A stretch of DNA of 63,942 nucleotides, counting the filler, from Octopus bimaculoides (taxonomy: Eukaryota), in the NCBI RefSeq assembly GCF_001194135.2. It is 4 parts of 4 records of this genome, joined end to end, with 100 filler letters (N's around TTAATTAATTAA, not from the genome) between each part and the next. Parts side by side here need not be neighbours in the genome. Positions count along the whole stretch, not along the records: positions 61,724 to 63,942 come from NW_026379405.1; 3 more parts are not named here. One strand, written 5' to 3'. Below the pieces are notes generated by a model. The model ran no database searches. It was not told where the DNA came from and saw only the letters and a list, made by a program, of their open reading frames with translations. Of this stretch, positions 62,268 through 63,942 are shown in pieces. The position numbers were made by a program, and so were the translations under genes. The first letter of the stretch is position 1; each line of letters starts with the position of its first letter.

Positions 62268-63757
62268 GTTATTGTGCTGATGCTCATGATAGCAATCACG
62301 ACTCAACTATCGTACGTAGGAGGTGCCATTATATGTGTAGTGAAGGAAACTANNNNNNNNNNNNNNNNNNNNNNNNNNNNNNNNNNNNNNNNNNNNNNNN
62401 NNNNNNNNNNNNNNNNNNNNNNNNNNNNNNNNNNNNNNNNNNNNNNNNNNNNNNNNNNNNNNNNNNNNNNNNNNNNNNNNNNNNNNNNNNNNNNNNNNNN
62501 NNNNNNNNNNNNNNNNNNNNNNNNNNNNNNNNNNNNNNNNNNNNNNNNNNNNNNNNNNNNNNNNNNNNNNNNNNNNNNNNNNNNNNNNNNNNNNNNNNNN
62601 NNNNNNNNNNNNNNNNNNNNNNNNNNNNNNNNNNNNNNNNNNNNNNNNNNNNNNNNNNNNNNNNNNNNNNNNNNNNNNNNNNNNNNNNNNNNNNNNNNNN
62701 NNNNNNNNNNNNNNNNNNNNNNNNNNNNNNNNNNNNNNNNNNNNNNNNNNNNNNNNNNNNNNNNNNNNNNNNNNNNNNNNNNNNNNNNNNNNNNNNNNNN
62801 NNNNNNNNNNNNNNNNNNNNNNNNNNNNNNNNNNNNNNNNNNNNNNNNNNNNNNNNNNNNNNNNNNNNNNNNNNNNNNNNNNNNNNNNNNNNNNNNNNNN
62901 NNNNNNNNNNNNNNNNNNNNNNNNNNNNNNNNNNNNNNNNNNNNNNNNNNNNNNNNNNNNNNNNNNNNNNNNNNNNNNNNNNNNNNNNNNNNNNNNNNNN
63001 NNNNNNNNNNNNNNNNNNNNNNNNNNNNNNNNNNNNNNNNNNNNNNNNNNNNNNNNNNNNNNNNNNNNNNNNNNNNNNNNNNNNNNNNNNNNNNNNNNNN
63101 NNNNNNNNNNNNNNNNNNNNNNNNNNNNNNNNNNNNNNNNNNNNNNNNNNNNNNNNNNNNNNNNNNNNNNNNNNNNNNNNNNNNNNNNNNNNNNNNNNNN
63201 NNNNNNNNNNNNNNNNNNNNNNNNNNNNNNNNNNNNNNNNNNNNNNNNNNNNNNNNNNNNNNNNNNNNNNNNNNNNNNNNNNNNNNNNNNNNNNNNNNNN
63301 NNNNNNNNNNNNNNNNNNNNNNNNNNNNNNNNNNNNNNNNNNNNNNNNNNNTATACATATATATATACATGCGTGTGCGTGTGTGTGTGTGTGCGTGTGT
63401 GCGTGCGTGTGTATGTGAATTTTAAAAACTACTTTGAAACTAATGCAAAATAGAAATCAATGCATCTTTTCAACACCTCTTAATTAAGACAACTTTTCTA
63501 CAGATAGTTAACGAAGTAATTACTATACATTAGAACACGTCCTCCGGTCTCCCCCACCCCCTCTCCAAAGCAAAAAGAAATTGTTAAAGATATACAAAAT
63601 ATATAAAATATTTAAAGTATATAAAATTTTCAAAAATATTTAGAGGAAATAAATTGACGAACATTCGCTTGCAATTTAATATTGCACGTTTCGTATCTCC
63701 GTACATTTTACCTGACGAATACGGGGACTGTTATCGTATGTCTAAATATGAAAGAAC

Positions 63758-63911
63758 AGGCGTGGCTGTGTGGTAATAAGTTTGCTTCTCAACCAAATGG
63801 TTCTGGGTTCAGTCCCACTGCGCGACGCCTTGAGAAAGTGTCTTGTACTATAGCCAGCCTTGAGCCAAGACTTGTGAGTGAATTTAGTCGAAAGGAACTG
63901 AAAGAATCCTG

Positions 63912-63915
<4 letters not shown>
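63758..63915 (+). mobile_element. SINE A head/core
   Basis: GGCGTGGCTGTGTGGTAATAAG...GGTTCAGTCCCACTGCGCG. Confidence 0.85.

Positions 63916-63942
<27 letters not shown>

Overview
AT-rich, microsatellite-saturated animal genomic DNA from a gapped draft assembly. It has many N gaps and three artificial 44N-TTAATTAATTAA-44N join spacers. The tRNA-derived SINE families look like those I associate with octopus (coleoid cephalopod); this is inference from recalled families, not a database search. No host protein-coding gene could be identified with confidence. Almost all ORFs in the track are translations of microsatellites or gaps. The real protein-like frames belong to transposable elements: a mariner, an internally deleted DD37D (maT) element, a second mariner 3' end, and RTE, CR1-like and R4/Dong-like LINE fragments. 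There are also at least five SINE families, piggyBac-type (TTAA) and hAT-type (8-bp TSD) MITEs, and a Helitron 3' end. The most interesting signals are: (i) minimal type-I hammerhead-ribozyme-like folds in a recurring Penelope-like repeat (2751-2787, 27338-27374); (ii) a 230-bp palindrome with a hammerhead-like core in each arm (57459-57688); (iii) polypyrimidine-AG|GTAAG recursive-splice-site-like motifs on the + strand (31545, 47616), plus several weak + strand exon candidates, suggesting a very long intron; (iv) pre-miRNA-sized hairpins (2929-2998, 12000-12119). Coordinates of degenerate repeats are approximate (+/-10-20 bp).
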